The notes beneath the pieces are model-generated. The model saw nothing but the letters and a program-made list of their open reading frames with translations, was not told the origin of the DNA and made no database searches. Both the position numbers and the translations under genes were made by a program. From positions 8,804,001-8,868,000 of the forward strand of contig CM120647.1 of the NCBI GenBank assembly GCA_051362555.1: a stretch of 64,000 bases of DNA, read 5' to 3'. Positions 14,330 through 26,600 of the stretch are shown here, in pieces (the first letter of the stretch is position 1; each line of letters starts with the position of its first letter). The DNA comes from Lingula anatina. Its lineage: Eukaryota > Animalia > Brachiopoda.

Positions 14330-14489
14330 CAGGCCTACCCAACTACCAGACTCGGCACATAAGGATCCTGAATTAACCAGTATATCGGACCACACTACCC
14401 ATTTTCAAGGTGTGTGTCAGATCATATTTCGGAAGTATCATATCCCAGAACAAATTTTGTAGGATGAGTCTGGTAGTTGGGTAGGCCTG
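14330..14489. mobile_element. 160-bp deletion derivative of the element at 61721-62684, with 5-bp TSD AAAAC
   Basis: TIR caggcctacccaactaccagactc / gagtctggtagttgggtaggcctg; AAAAC at 14325-14329 and 14490-14494. Confidence 0.88.
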
Positions 14490-14699
14490 AAAACTGTGCG
14501 TCTGAGCAAAATGAATATGACAAAAATGATTGCATTTTGGTCCCCTTTTTTTCACAAACAGGATTGCAAACATGACGATAAGAAAATAAAAACACTTTAC
14601 AGTAAATTCAGAATACTGAGACTGTACAAAGATACAGGCAGAAATCATCAACTATTGCAAATTCAAACCTCATGCTATGAAAAGTTACTGTATGTTTGA

Positions 14700-14957
14700 G
14701 CTTGTTTCACAGTACGGTTAAAGACCAAAGTCTTAACTTTTAGACAGCCTTTTTTATTTTCTTCCACTTCAACTCAAGACAGTGCGCTTCAAACATCTGT
14801 TGGTCTAAAAAACTAACCATCTATCTTTTTCATAAAGCTGACTTTATGCATCATTAATGTGGACTACCAATGATCATTTTAGGTCAAAGTAGAATAAAAA
14901 TTTGGGACTAAAAGTGAAGACAAACCCATGATCACAACATCTTTTGTGAAACAAGAC
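14700..14957. mobile_element. Old MITE family with (G)TTTCACA...TGTGAAA(C) termini; related copies at ~30982-31234, ~40765-41106 (left arm duplicated), ~46911-47124 and ~58449-58520, plus a fragment at ~8110-8340
   Basis: TIR cttgtttcaca / tgtgaaacaag and shared subterminal aaaattttagtcta-like blocks. Confidence 0.55.
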
Positions 14958-17271
14958 CCAAATAAACTCTATACAGTATATCAGAGTGACTTCAAAACAG
15001 TGGACTAACAGACCTACTTGAGTACTTTCTGCGTAATCCCAAACGGGAATCTATTCAGTGTCTAATCTGGAATTAAACGACAAGCTTTTTAGCCTCGCCA
15101 TATTTGATCCACGGATCAGTTAGTCTACCGCTTTGAATCTATTCACAGTATGGTGAATAATAAACAGGACAAAAGCAAGTCGGACATAAAATACATAGGT
15201 ACATTATGTAAATTGTATATTTCAGCAATTTTCAAAATATACTAAAATAAATAAGAAGCTAAAGGTATGATAACATTTCACTTATTACACATAATGAATA
15301 AAGTGATTGCGTGTTCTCGATAAAAAGTGACAGCACCATTAAATTTGCAACTTGCCATGAGCTTCCATTTAGTGACAACATTTTGATTGAATTGTGCAGA
15401 CACTGAAATAAGTCAAATAAAACGAATAAGCAATTTTGAATTGCACAATGGAGAAAATTATTTCAAATTTGACTAAGAAATCCATTAAAGTCAGCTATGA
15501 AAACTGAGCAAGCTAGAACGTGTTGGTATCATTCAAAGCAATCTGCTCCTACAACCCACCCCTCCTTTCCCTTCAAAAATACCCATGGATTATATAACAT
15601 CCAAATACTGCTTCGTGAAAGTCTTGTTTCCTTCCAAAATATTTAATGGCAAACACGAAGCATGGCAGACATTTTGATTTGTGATGAGAGGTAAATTGGC
15701 ACTTTTTCTTTAATCATTCACCAGAGGGGAATTTCGGAGCAGGGGTGAGATGTCCAACAATTGTTCAGACTGCACTAGCTGCCTCAACAACTCAAAACTG
15801 AACTCAACACAATCAGACGTCAATCTGTATGTCACAACTATCACAATCACATCTTCCTGTCATTATTTCTCGAGCTGTCCAACCATCTTAATTCTAACAA
15901 AAGGCACTATCTTAGCAGAATAAATAATAATCAAAATAAATAAATAAATATGTTTGTCCAGTATTCTAATAACAGAAAGTATAATATCAGATATTTTGAT
16001 ATTGCAATTATAGAAAAAATATGGCCTGGGTGAATGAAAAGTTGTAAAAATATGACTGGCTTTCCCATTGGAAAATGATTTTCCAGTACAAGGGCAAAAA
16101 ACATGACTTGTCTCCATTTGAAAAAAAAAAAAGTTAAGGATGTTTGAAGTAAAATCTCAACCAAATCACATAAGGGGAAAAACATTACTTAAGATATCAA
16201 ACACTTATTTTTCCCATTATGAACAAAATACACAGCATAAAAAGAGACTAAAATCAAATCTTAACCTCTTCCTTAGTGGAAAATGGAAATATCAGTTCAA
16301 TTTTTGAGGAATCTGGAATCGACCCTATTATGTCTTTTTTTTAACAAAGCCTTTCATTTTGCTGTAACATATTTCTTACATGACACAAAAAAACTTGCAT
16401 TTTATAATTATAATAAATCATCTGGCTTTCTTAACAGTATAATTTCCCAAATTTACATTCATTTTTATATTCTTAACAGGTGTACAAAAATCTAATATAA
16501 CATACCATCACAAAATATTTTGCTGCCAAAATAAATGAGACAGTTAATTTTGTCAAGTTCTTTTTAAATAAAATATATCTTAATGACTCCCTTCTCCTTT
16601 TAATACTAATACAAATTCAACTAAATATTTTGAAGAACTGTAATTTGGTCTGCTTGAATACTTAGGAAACAAAATTGTTTCAAAAAGTAGAAAAAATATG
16701 TTTTAAGAGTTATCAAGTTTGGCCACATTATTCCTCTGATAAAAAATAAATCTATGACAAACTAAGATTTTAAAAATTCAAGGATTTGTTTGAAATACAA
16801 AAGAGCAAATGCATGGATGGTCTTAAAAATGCAACTATCAACAGGATTTCATTTTTTTTTTTCATAAAAAAGTTTTGTCTCCACATCGATGATAAACTAA
16901 CTATAAATGGCTTTAGAACCTCAAAACATTTGTTACTTAATAATTACCCAAATTTGCTGGTAATTCATTGAAATGTAGAAAATTAAAGGTTCTACACTTG
17001 TTTTACAAATCGTTAAACTTGTGTATGAGAGCTCATTTGACATGAAAGCAGACATCACAAGATGGCTGCCAACACAATCTCAAACACAACCGTTTTTCAA
17101 ATTAATAATTTTCCTTTTTAAGTTTTACGTTGTTAGTGTGCACACATTTACACAAAAAAATTGGACCTTTTATTATGAATACACTTAATTCAATGAACCA
17201 GCATTCTGTTACAAATTAATTGCTGACTAATTAAGACCTGTCATTGCCACACCGGCCTTTTACTCTTGTTT

Positions 17272-17601
17272 TTACTGCCCCTCCTGTTTCTCTGCAGCAA
17301 AAAGTGTAAACTTGCCTCCAGCTGGTGAAGAGCTCTCCATCTTTACTGGAGCTTTCTTGGCTGGAGCAGTACTACTACTGCTTGGGGGGAGAAATACAGT
17401 TTTATGCCGACTGGCACTAAATGCTTTTTTAATGTCACTAAAAACATTCTCTGGTTTCTGGGAAGCATCGAGTTTCGTGTAAAGACCTTTCTTTTTGTAG
17501 TAATCCACCAATGGGATCGTCTGCCTGTGGTACGTATTAAGGCGGGTCTTCAGGGCCTCCACGTTGTCGTCTGCTCTTCTCATCAACGGCTCTCCCGTCA
17601 C
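17272..17601 (-). CDS. AK2: AK2 coding exon 5 ([13 protein letters not shown]... to stop)
   Basis: Acceptor tttcaag|GTG; TAA at 17274-17272; AATAAA on the minus strand at ~17168-17173. The 3' boundary may vary (see findings). Confidence 0.88.
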   Translation of the reverse strand: MTGEPLMRRADDNVEALKTRLNTYHRQTIPLVDYYKKKGLYTKLDASQKPENVFSDIKKAFSASRHKTVFLPPSSSSTAPAKKAPVKMESSSPAGGKFTLFAAEKQEGQ

Positions 17602-20600
17602 CTTGAAAGAAAACTCCCATTAAAATGACTGAAAGCTGATCATGAGTCAATACCACTTAATTTTCATTACAAGTTCTTTACTGAGTCCGGGCCAAATTGG
17701 TGATAACACACAGATTATGTGAGAGGAAACATAAAACTATTCATACTTTAAATATATATATATATATGTATGAATATATGTATGAGAAGATATCACAAAC
17801 AACATGCAAATGACACATTAACTGTGCAGCAAACTGGGTCACTTCCATAATTCATGCCAAATATTCCGTTTACTGTTTTGATAACATAGAAAACAGTTTG
17901 AAGTTGATCACAGTAGTGGTTGTAGTCTTGTTACTTTCTTTCACTGAACTGCCATGGATTGTTCTTGGGTAAAAATGCACCAAAATTAGAGTTTTACTTT
18001 TCTTTTGTGAAACTAGCATTGTTGTTATGGTAATAAATGTTTTTTTATTTGTGAAATTGTACTCATTTCATACTCACATCATCGATCCCATGGACCTTGG
18101 GAGGGTTGAACTCCTCGTGGTATGACCTTCCGCTCTTCCTGTGTATCCACCGTCCAGTGATCCGTCGCACCAGGAGAGAATCATCGATACTGAATTCTAT
18201 CACCGAATCTAACCGCGTCTTCCTTTGGGCCAGGAGCTCATCCAACTAATGAGGGGTGAAAAAAGAGAAAGAAATGAATGTAGCCATATATCAACTACTG
18301 AATGAGATAAAAACCATTCTGGATCAAAGATCTCTGTTCGGGCTTGGTGACTATAATATGCATCATTTAGATTCCGTTAAAGAATACAATACAATAAAAT
18401 TTATTTTCATGTTGGAAAGAATGAAAGTACAATCAGTAGCTGAGTAGCTATTCACCGAAAGAATAAATTGAATAATGATACATTGTTTACTACTACTATT
18501 TCTAACTACTTCTATTGATTTGATTATAATAGGAAAATAAAGTCTAGCAGTTGGCATAGTATGATACATGATAACAGCTGGCAATTAAGAACTTTTAACT
18601 GCCTTGTTTAATTGAAAGCTAAGGAATTGGCAATAAACTGATTGTGTCAGAGTTTCTATTTCAAACAAACATCTTTTTTTTTGCATTTCAAAGAAAAAAT
18701 TACCTTCTCTGCTTGTGGTATGGTCCTTGGAAACCCGTCCAATAGGAAACCATTTTTGCATTCTGTGCTGTCTAGGTGCTTGTTGATCAACTCAATTACG
18801 ATACTGTCACTGACAAGGTTACCGCCATCTATGACCTGTTTGATTCTATTGCCAAGCTCTGTTCCTGATGCTACTACAGACCTCAGCATATCACCTAGAA
18901 CACAAACAAACACCAAATTTTATCCAATTCAAAACTGGAAGCAGTGCTAGCTTTGGGACACCCTTCAAAACAAACTTGTGTTCCCCATAGATGAAAAAGA
19001 AAGAAGAGGGCATTTCTAAAGCTGTGTTTTAAACCACAAGTAATAAATGAATGTGTTAAATGGCCCAAAGAGAAAAAAAGACCACTTTGGTTGTTGAACT
19101 CCGAGCATTTGCAGTTAAAATTTTAAATTGTCATTAATTACATCAGTATACATCATTTGAAGTTTTGTTCTGGTGTTTTTCATATGATTTCAGTCTCTTT
19201 TATTAAACCTGTGCGTATTGTTTCAATTTCTGTATCCATCATGCCACTTAATGTCAACAAAGATCTACCATGTATTATTAATACAAACTAAACGTGAACG
19301 AGATATTAATGACATCAACAGGTGCTATACCAACAAGGTCAAGGTCACACAGAATGCAAACAGCTGTCCTGCACAGCTGTTCAAAGTGTGTGTTCCTTAT
19401 TTATGCAGGACTTAATGCTATTTACCAATTATCAGTTATAGCAGAAATTGGGCACATTCTCAAATTTTTGGGGCTTGCACCATCTCCAGAGTACTCTACC
19501 AACATTTAACCCCCCTTTACACCAGACGGTATCCTTTCTGCGACCGTGAACCTGGCATCGCTGTGATTATAGTTTTACACCCCATTTCCATAGATTAGAT
19601 CGACCTAACTCCCTGGGGGTTCACGCTAAATAGCTGTCAGCCGGGCGGACACGAAAGTTAATTCCCCCCCTAACAGCTTGTAGTAGGCGGGACGGACATT
19701 TAAGTCGGATTATCTGAAAGTAATCTAGTGAGACTCCCCGCGGGGATAGATCGATCTAAAATCTATGGGAATAGAGCCTTACACTCAAATGGGGCTGTAC
19801 TACAGGACGATGTCCCGTGTAAATGGGGCTTTAGTAACTGCTGGTCTAAAACAACGTCTCACATCCTGCTTACTTCATAATAAACAGCTTTGGATATTTA
19901 AGCCAGAGTCTGAGCATTATGAACTTTAAAATCTTGCAAAAATCATTTTTAATGAGACTAAAGGCAATTGTTTTCCCTGTCTTCATGAATGTATTAACCC
20001 TTCATTAAAGAACCTTCCTTCATCACATGTCTGACTTGTCAATGTGAGGTCCACAATATCTCAAGGATAACACCATGATCTTTTTTCTCTATAAACCATC
20101 TTTTCTCAAGAGACAATATAAAACCATATGAATAATATTATTTTAAATCATAAATAACTTTTAATTATATAGCAAAACTCACCTGTTGACAGATGACACA
20201 CCCCATAATGTTTCTTTAGTTTTGGAGCCTAAATGGAAATAAATAAAGTTAAAAAGAAATACATGTACTGCTGCAGTTAATGATAGGTATTAAATAAATA
20301 TAATAGTGACAGATTCCAAATTCAAATGCAAACATTTTATGTAGTTTTGGAGCCTGAAAAAAAAAAAATAGTTTACATAGATACTTATCATATTACTCAA
20401 ATTATCAACAGGAAACCCTGTATTAATTGAATACAATATTGGCAGATTCTAAATAATGTGCATTAACCTATTCTCTTTAGGCTGATAGGCTGATAATGGT
20501 CAGAGAATATACTTTGATGGTATCAAAATGATAAGACTGATCAGACATGCAAATTGGCCCCTCTATAGTTTTCTGTTAAGTAAGAACACTATCATCAAGA

Positions 20601-23169
20601 TGATTTTTACACATTCTCTTTCTTTCATATCTCATATCTTTTTAGAATAGAAACTTTTGCAATGATTCCGACAAAGGAGGATTTTGTCTGTGTGTCAGGG
20701 AGGGGAGGAGGGGGGGGGGGAAGATGCTTGTTTACCAAAACATTATCATGCCATAATGCAGATCTGTTTTTATTATCACCCCTTAGATCTTGACCTCCGC
20801 ACTGTTTAAGTTTATCATAAGGTCATCAATGTGTCTGCTATAGATACACACCAAGCAAAACATGTTCATTTATAAACAACAGTAAACCCTGGATAAATTC
20901 CAGGGTTTTTCCCCATTCATAAAAGTTTTTTTAGCAGTCCCTAGATTAAAGGGCAAGAATAAAGATTAAAGTGCTGATTGGGAGTAAAATTGGCAACTCT
21001 AATCAAAAACAAAAATAAAGTAAGAAAATATGAAAGAAGAAGGATTTTTACAGTTTTCTTCCTACCCCCCCCTCTCCCTCTCTGTCAAACAAACAGACTT
21101 TAAAATGGAGCTTAAGACTCATAAGTATTTTGGAGTACAGAAGTGAAGTATCAAGAAGAAACAAAATCAAAACCACGTTTTTATTCATAACCAGGGAATG
21201 TGAAATTTGACTAAAAGGGACTTAAACATGTCTACCACTTCATTCAGTACCACAGGTGTGCAAGAGCAGCCATGCAGTAAGAACATCTTAAACTGTACCA
21301 TTCTCAGTTTTCCTTTAATCACTTGATTCTCCTGCCTTCAGCTATGCAGGGGTAGCCAAGCACCCAAAATTAAGTCCACTACCTGATATAAACACCCTCT
21401 CTGCAGCTGGCAGCATTCTTCATGCATGGGGAATTTAAATTTATTTTAGAGGCAATTTCACATCTACAGTTCTTGGTCAGATTCTTTTTTTTTTGGTTCC
21501 CTTTTTACCAGTAGTGCTAAACTTGAAGTGAGGTTTGATCAAGTTCATCATGGTTTTAGGGGCAGAGGCAGACAAACAGGTGTGAAATTGACCATAGGCA
21601 TCTATCACCTCTTAAATGTTTAACTTAATGCTTTTTCCCCCCAGTTTAACACTAGAAAACTAGCCAATGTCAACACATTGAGTGTTTTTAACAGACCCAT
21701 TTAAAATCATTTCCTACACCCTACATGGCAAGCAGCTAATTTTTTTTCTAATACGACCATTATACTGGGGGAATATTTTTTTTGCAGATAATAAAGTAAT
21801 ATAAAACGTGTGCTAAAGATCAGCTATAACTCATCCTGAGTGACTGGGATTACCCTAGATATTATGACTTTAGTCCGTGACAAACATTAGCACTGGCCTC
21901 ATGCCAAAATGCCAGTTAATGGAAACAGAACCAGTTAACTTTTTTGCATGAGCTTGCTCCCTGCTTTGATTTATACAAACTCATCTATTTCTAACGAGGC
22001 AAAAGAAATTAAAGCACAGTACAGATCAACTGGCTACCTAACATTGGAAACAATTTTCTCTGAAAGAAAAGGGTTAACAGCCATTTCCAACACTGCCAAA
22101 TATTTTCTCTATCTCCAAAACTGAACAATTATAAACCTGTTGCAACTGGAAGACACCTGCTGCAATATACATAACTTCTAATAAGTCACTGATCAAACTG
22201 GAATGACAGACTTTTGGACCTTAACACTCAACACTCAAAGGGCACTTATGCGATAAAAATCAGATAACAGCAAATGGCCTGCACTGTGACATTAAGCTGC
22301 TTCACATATTTCAGTGATATGACATTTAAATATTTACAAATGTCCGAGTGTTTCTATTTTTTCACTGATGGGGCATTTTGGAATTCTATTTATCAAAATG
22401 GTTTTATCATCGTGAAAATAATGAAATAACTGATTGCCTCGCGCAGTAAACAAAATGACCAAGTGACAGAAGCCATGGGTGTGAAAAATGTTATATAAGT
22501 CTGCATTTTATAACTATAAAAAACTAAAATAACTGCAAAATGTAATGTTCTTATTTTTCATCTTAGTGGAATTTCTGTTTTTCAAGCTACATCAAACATT
22601 AACAATCCTTTACTGTTCTCGCTCCACTTATGTTAAATTACTCTAAATCGGCTAGGCAAAAGGGAAAACTATATTGTTTGCATCAAAGGTTTTGAAAGTG
22701 AAAAAGCATCCATTCGCTCAACACTTAACACAGATAAAATTGAAGGCCACATTCTGCTAAAACAAAGTGTAACAATGAATTAAAAATTGTAGGGCAGATT
22801 CTTGGATAATCAGGAAAGATCTAATCAAAACCGCAAGTTACATCAGAACACCAAGCGTAACCGTCCCCTGGCAAAATCAGTTACGGCGACAGATGTCTAA
22901 ATGCCGCCTGAGTGGATAACTTTAATTTACAGGAAAAAATATAAATTTAATATCTGCCAATAAACACACATTTCTTTAAAAAGATTATGGGGATTATCCA
23001 CCGTCACTAATTTGCGAGTTGAAGCCAGTCGCTTACGGCTACGGCGATTGTATTTACCGTTGCACCGTACCTGTGTTCCTTTGCCCGCACCTGGTGGACC
23101 CAAAAGGACGGCCTTGATCCCTTTCCCTTCGTCCTGTGGCGTTGTTTCGCTTTGTTCTACCGGTGGCAT
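17272..23169 (-). CDS. AK2: Adenylate kinase 2 (mitochondrial intermembrane-space type), 5 coding exons, 277 aa
   Basis: Exons 23169-23071, 20228-20183, 18894-18704, 18245-18078 and 17601-17272 join in frame (99+46+191+168+330 nt) with GT-AG introns. The protein has the P-loop [30 protein letters not shown], the LID segment [23 protein letters not shown]...DDVTGEPL and RRADDN, typical of AK2. Confidence 0.95.
18078..18245 (-). CDS. AK2: AK2 coding exon 4 (LDELL...HGIDD)
   Basis: Acceptor cattag|TTG, donor GAT|gtgagt; 168 nt. Confidence 0.94.
18704..18894 (-). CDS. AK2: AK2 coding exon 3 (GDMLRSVV...[16 protein letters not shown])
   Basis: Acceptor ttctag|GT, donor AAG|gtaatt; 191 nt. Confidence 0.94.
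19578..19778 (+). mobile_element. ~200-bp MITE (Harbinger/Tourist-like, TTA TSD), copy 1, nested in another short TIR element (~19508-19832)
   Basis: TIR cccatttccatagattagatcga / tcgatctaaaatctatgggaat; TTA on both sides; near-identical to 58932-59146. Confidence 0.85.
20183..20228 (-). CDS. AK2: AK2 coding exon 2 ([16 protein letters not shown]), absent from the ORF track
   Basis: Acceptor catttag|GCT, donor CAG|gtgagt; 46 nt, phase 0 to 1. Confidence 0.92.
23071..23169 (-). CDS. AK2: AK2 coding exon 1 (MPPVEQ...[10 protein letters not shown])
   Basis: ATG at 23169; donor CAG|gtacgg. Confidence 0.92.
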
Positions 23170-23588
23170 GATGGTGTAGCTCCCAAGTGCAGAGAAAAAC
23201 GAGAAATATTGCAGGAGAAAATTGAATGAATGACCTGACTACGCGAAACGTGGAGTATAAGGAATGAGACTGAGGCCAAGGTTAACGGACATGCGTACAT
23301 GTAACTTCCGGGTCAAGACTGTGTAGATTTCTTGACTAATTTTCTAACCCTTTAAACATTCCAGCAACTTATACACCAATTCAAATAGATGTATTTTACT
23401 AATTCATACAGTTCATATAGAATACTAAATTAAAGTTAACCTTGTATCAGAAAACTCAATTTTGTCTAAAAATTGGGTCAAAGGTCACATGATAAGAAAA
23501 TGTGCAAAATGGCGGAAGGGGAGTAGACTTTGTAAACTTTCTAAGTGATCAAGTTGTTATTTTGTGTTGATCTTAACTCTCAGTCAAA
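23170..23588. promoter_or_regulatory. Shared divergent (bidirectional) promoter and 5' UTR region of AK2 and SNX17
   Basis: Only 419 bp between opposed ATGs. Contains ETS-type ACTTCCGG (23304-23311), DR1 GGGTCAaAGGTCA (23475-23487), overlapping GTCACATGA E-box (23484-23492) and YY1-type AAAATGGCGG (23506-23515). Confidence 0.75.
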
Positions 23589-23648
23589 ATGCATTTCTCT
23601 ATCCCCGAGACACAAGATTGCAAAGATGAATCGGGATCGACGTACACG
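23589..23648 (+). CDS. SNX17: SNX17 exon 1 (MHFSIPETQDCKDESGSTYT)
   Basis: ATG at 23589; donor ACG|gtaagt. Confidence 0.93.
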
Positions 23649-26600
23649 GTAAGTATTAAACTAGCGTTTTAATTGTGTCAGCGGAATTAAAGTTCTTGAA
23701 CCTCAGCTTTCCTGGTAAATAAGGACACGGATGTCAGTGATGGTTTTATTGCGTTTGATTATTATAACTTTTTTTGTGTGGAAAAAAAAAACGGCAGAAT
23801 TTGAAAACATTTTAGATATTGAGCAGTTCATTACTGCCATTCGTGACTGAATCCGTTTTAAACGTTTTCACTTTCATTTGTCAAAAATCACAGTGATTTT
23901 TCTCAGAATAAATACTGGGGTATTTGCGGTTTTGAAGTTCCTATTACAGTGAATTGATATATAGATGCCATAAGCAAATAAATGCCAACCAAAATATGAA
24001 TTATTTGAGTTATGACACATGGACTCGCTTGTGCACACACACACACACACACTGGCACACACCATTATTCTTATATTCATTATTATATGATATATACATA
24101 TACTAGTATATTATATTATGATACATACATCATGTCCCTTATTTTAGGTATTTAAGATTCATGTAAATGGAGTACATCATTGTACAGTGAGATACAGTCA
24201 GCTCCATAATTTTCACGAACAGGTGAGACTGTTGCTTGTGCAGCTGCTTTGGTATTAAAATATAATTGTTTCGTTAATAAGTGCTATTGAGTATTAACTT
24301 TAGGGAGAAAGACAAAAATATATTAAATAATATAATGAGATGTGCACAAAAGAAAAATAAAGTATAAAATGATGCTGCTCAATATTTTATTTATAAAATG
24401 TCTGAATATGATATGTAAAAGTAGGGGTCTAGTTTTGACTAAATATTTTAGTTTGGAAAAATTCTTCAACACTTTAGTTTAAACTGTGTGTATGCCCCTT
24501 TATCAAGACCAAATAAGTATTAATTTCATTAGCATGCAAGTATTTGATGAAGAATATTATCTTATTGATGTTATATTTAACAATTTCAGATGAAAAAAGA
24601 GTTTGGTGCCAATTCACTCCCACAGTTCCCACCAAAGAAATTTAAACTTCTACAATTAGGGCCTGCGGAACTTGAAGAACGTAGGGCGCAGTTAGAGAAA
24701 TACATACAAATAAGTAAGTACCTAGAAGTTCATGTTTACTTTTTGAATGCAGGGTATGTTTAGAGAAATAAATACAAATAAGTAAGTGCCTTGAAGTTCA
24801 TATTTACTTGTGGAATGCAGGGCACAGCTAGAGAAATAAATACAAATAAGTAAGTACCCTGAAGTACATGTTTAGAAACATGTTTGCGTGTGTATGCAAA
24901 GAAGGCTTGTAATTCAAAATTGTAAATCTAACTTTTACGTGTATTATATGTTTTATATGTAGAAACTGAGGTATTACTGTGTTGTTGCTAACCCAGACTT
25001 ATCCTTCATTTCTTACATTTTTGAATGGACAAAAAAAAACACATATTTTTATAAACATATTTATTTTTTGTTTATTTATTTATTATTTATTTGTTTACCA
25101 TATGTGACAAATAGAGAGTATGTGTTTTTCAGTCAGCCAAAATCCACAGATTGCAAACAGTGATGTTTTTAATGGATTCTTCCTCAGTGCCCAACAGGTA
25201 AGGGTGTGTGTTTTAAGGGATAATCATCCAAGTGAATTGTGTTTGGTGTGATTGTGCAAACTCTTCCAGATATTGTGTTAGGTGTGATTGTGCAAACTCT
25301 TCCAGATATTGTGTTTGGTGTGATTGTGCAAACTCTGCCAGATATTGTGTTTGGTGTGATTGTGTAAACTCTTCCAGATATTGTGTTAGGTTTGATTGTG
25401 CAAACTCTTCCAGATATTGTGTTTGGTGTGATTGTGCAAACTCTGCCAGATATTGTGTTTGGTGTGATTGTGCAAACTCTTCCAGATATTGTGTTTGGTG
25501 TGATTGTGCAAACTCTTCCAGATATTGTGTTTGGTGTGATTGTGCAAGCTCTGCCTGATATTGTGTTTGGTGTGATTGTCTAAAGTCTGCCAAATATTGT
25601 GTAAGATTTCATATTGCAAACTCTGATATTCTGTTATGTGATTGTGTTGGAAAATTTGAAAAACAAAAACTTAAGTACCACTTGCCTTTAAATCAATTTA
25701 ATTTTAAAATTGAAATGTCCAGGTTATCTAAAAAGGAAAAATTTGCACCAAATATGAAGGAGATTGCTCTCCATACACAGTGATGTCATGAACCTTGTCT
25801 GTTTAAATTAGGAAACGCAGCATGAGGAACCAGAGCGTGTTACTCTGGACGTGTTTCTAATGAACGGTCATAAAATAACAGTGAATATTTTGTCTACAGA
25901 CCAGACAGAAGATGTTTTAGAGGTAGGGAACATTGTGGAGCACTTAGTTCACATCAGGCTTAGACTTGTTCTATGTCAGTGTTCACATTTCAAAATTGTG
26001 ATTTTTTTTCTGATAACTTCGGGCGATTGCCGCCATTACCCATTGCCTTGATTATATTGACATATGATGTTAACGATATTATTTTATGTTGGGTGCTTGA
26101 GAAGTTATAGAACCCTTGTTACTTGAAATCACCTTGTTTACTATTTTTGTTTTAAGTATTTTTGTTTTATAAGTATTTTCATTTTATGGTCACAGAAAAT
26201 TATAAAGAAGATGACATGTAAGAATGAAAAAAAAATGAATAAATAAATTTAAATGCATCAAAATATAGAATTGCCTTACGGTAAGAGGAAACCTTCTCTG
26301 TAAAATGTTGAACTTAACTATAGTCTTTAATTTCAGACTGTGGCTTCCAACATCGAACTAAAAGACGATTTTGTGTTTTATTTTGGTCTTTATCTAGTCA
26401 AGAAGGAAGGTGGAGAAAAAGAATTGTCAAGTAGGTGAAAGTTAAAATAACTGAAAATGAGCCAGTGTTCACTCTAAAGTCTTAAAGCAACTTTTAGCCA
26501 AATGCTGACCATATTCTAATTAAGTCAAGAAAAATGTAAAATATCTCATTATCTTACGTCTGATTGCTTCATAATTTGATTTGCTAAAAATATTTATTTT

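Noticed and set aside
25213-25619. Cys-rich and Gln-rich repeat ORFs on both strands
   Set aside because: They come from a 36-bp minisatellite inside SNX17 intron 4; exons 4 and 5 join in frame without them.
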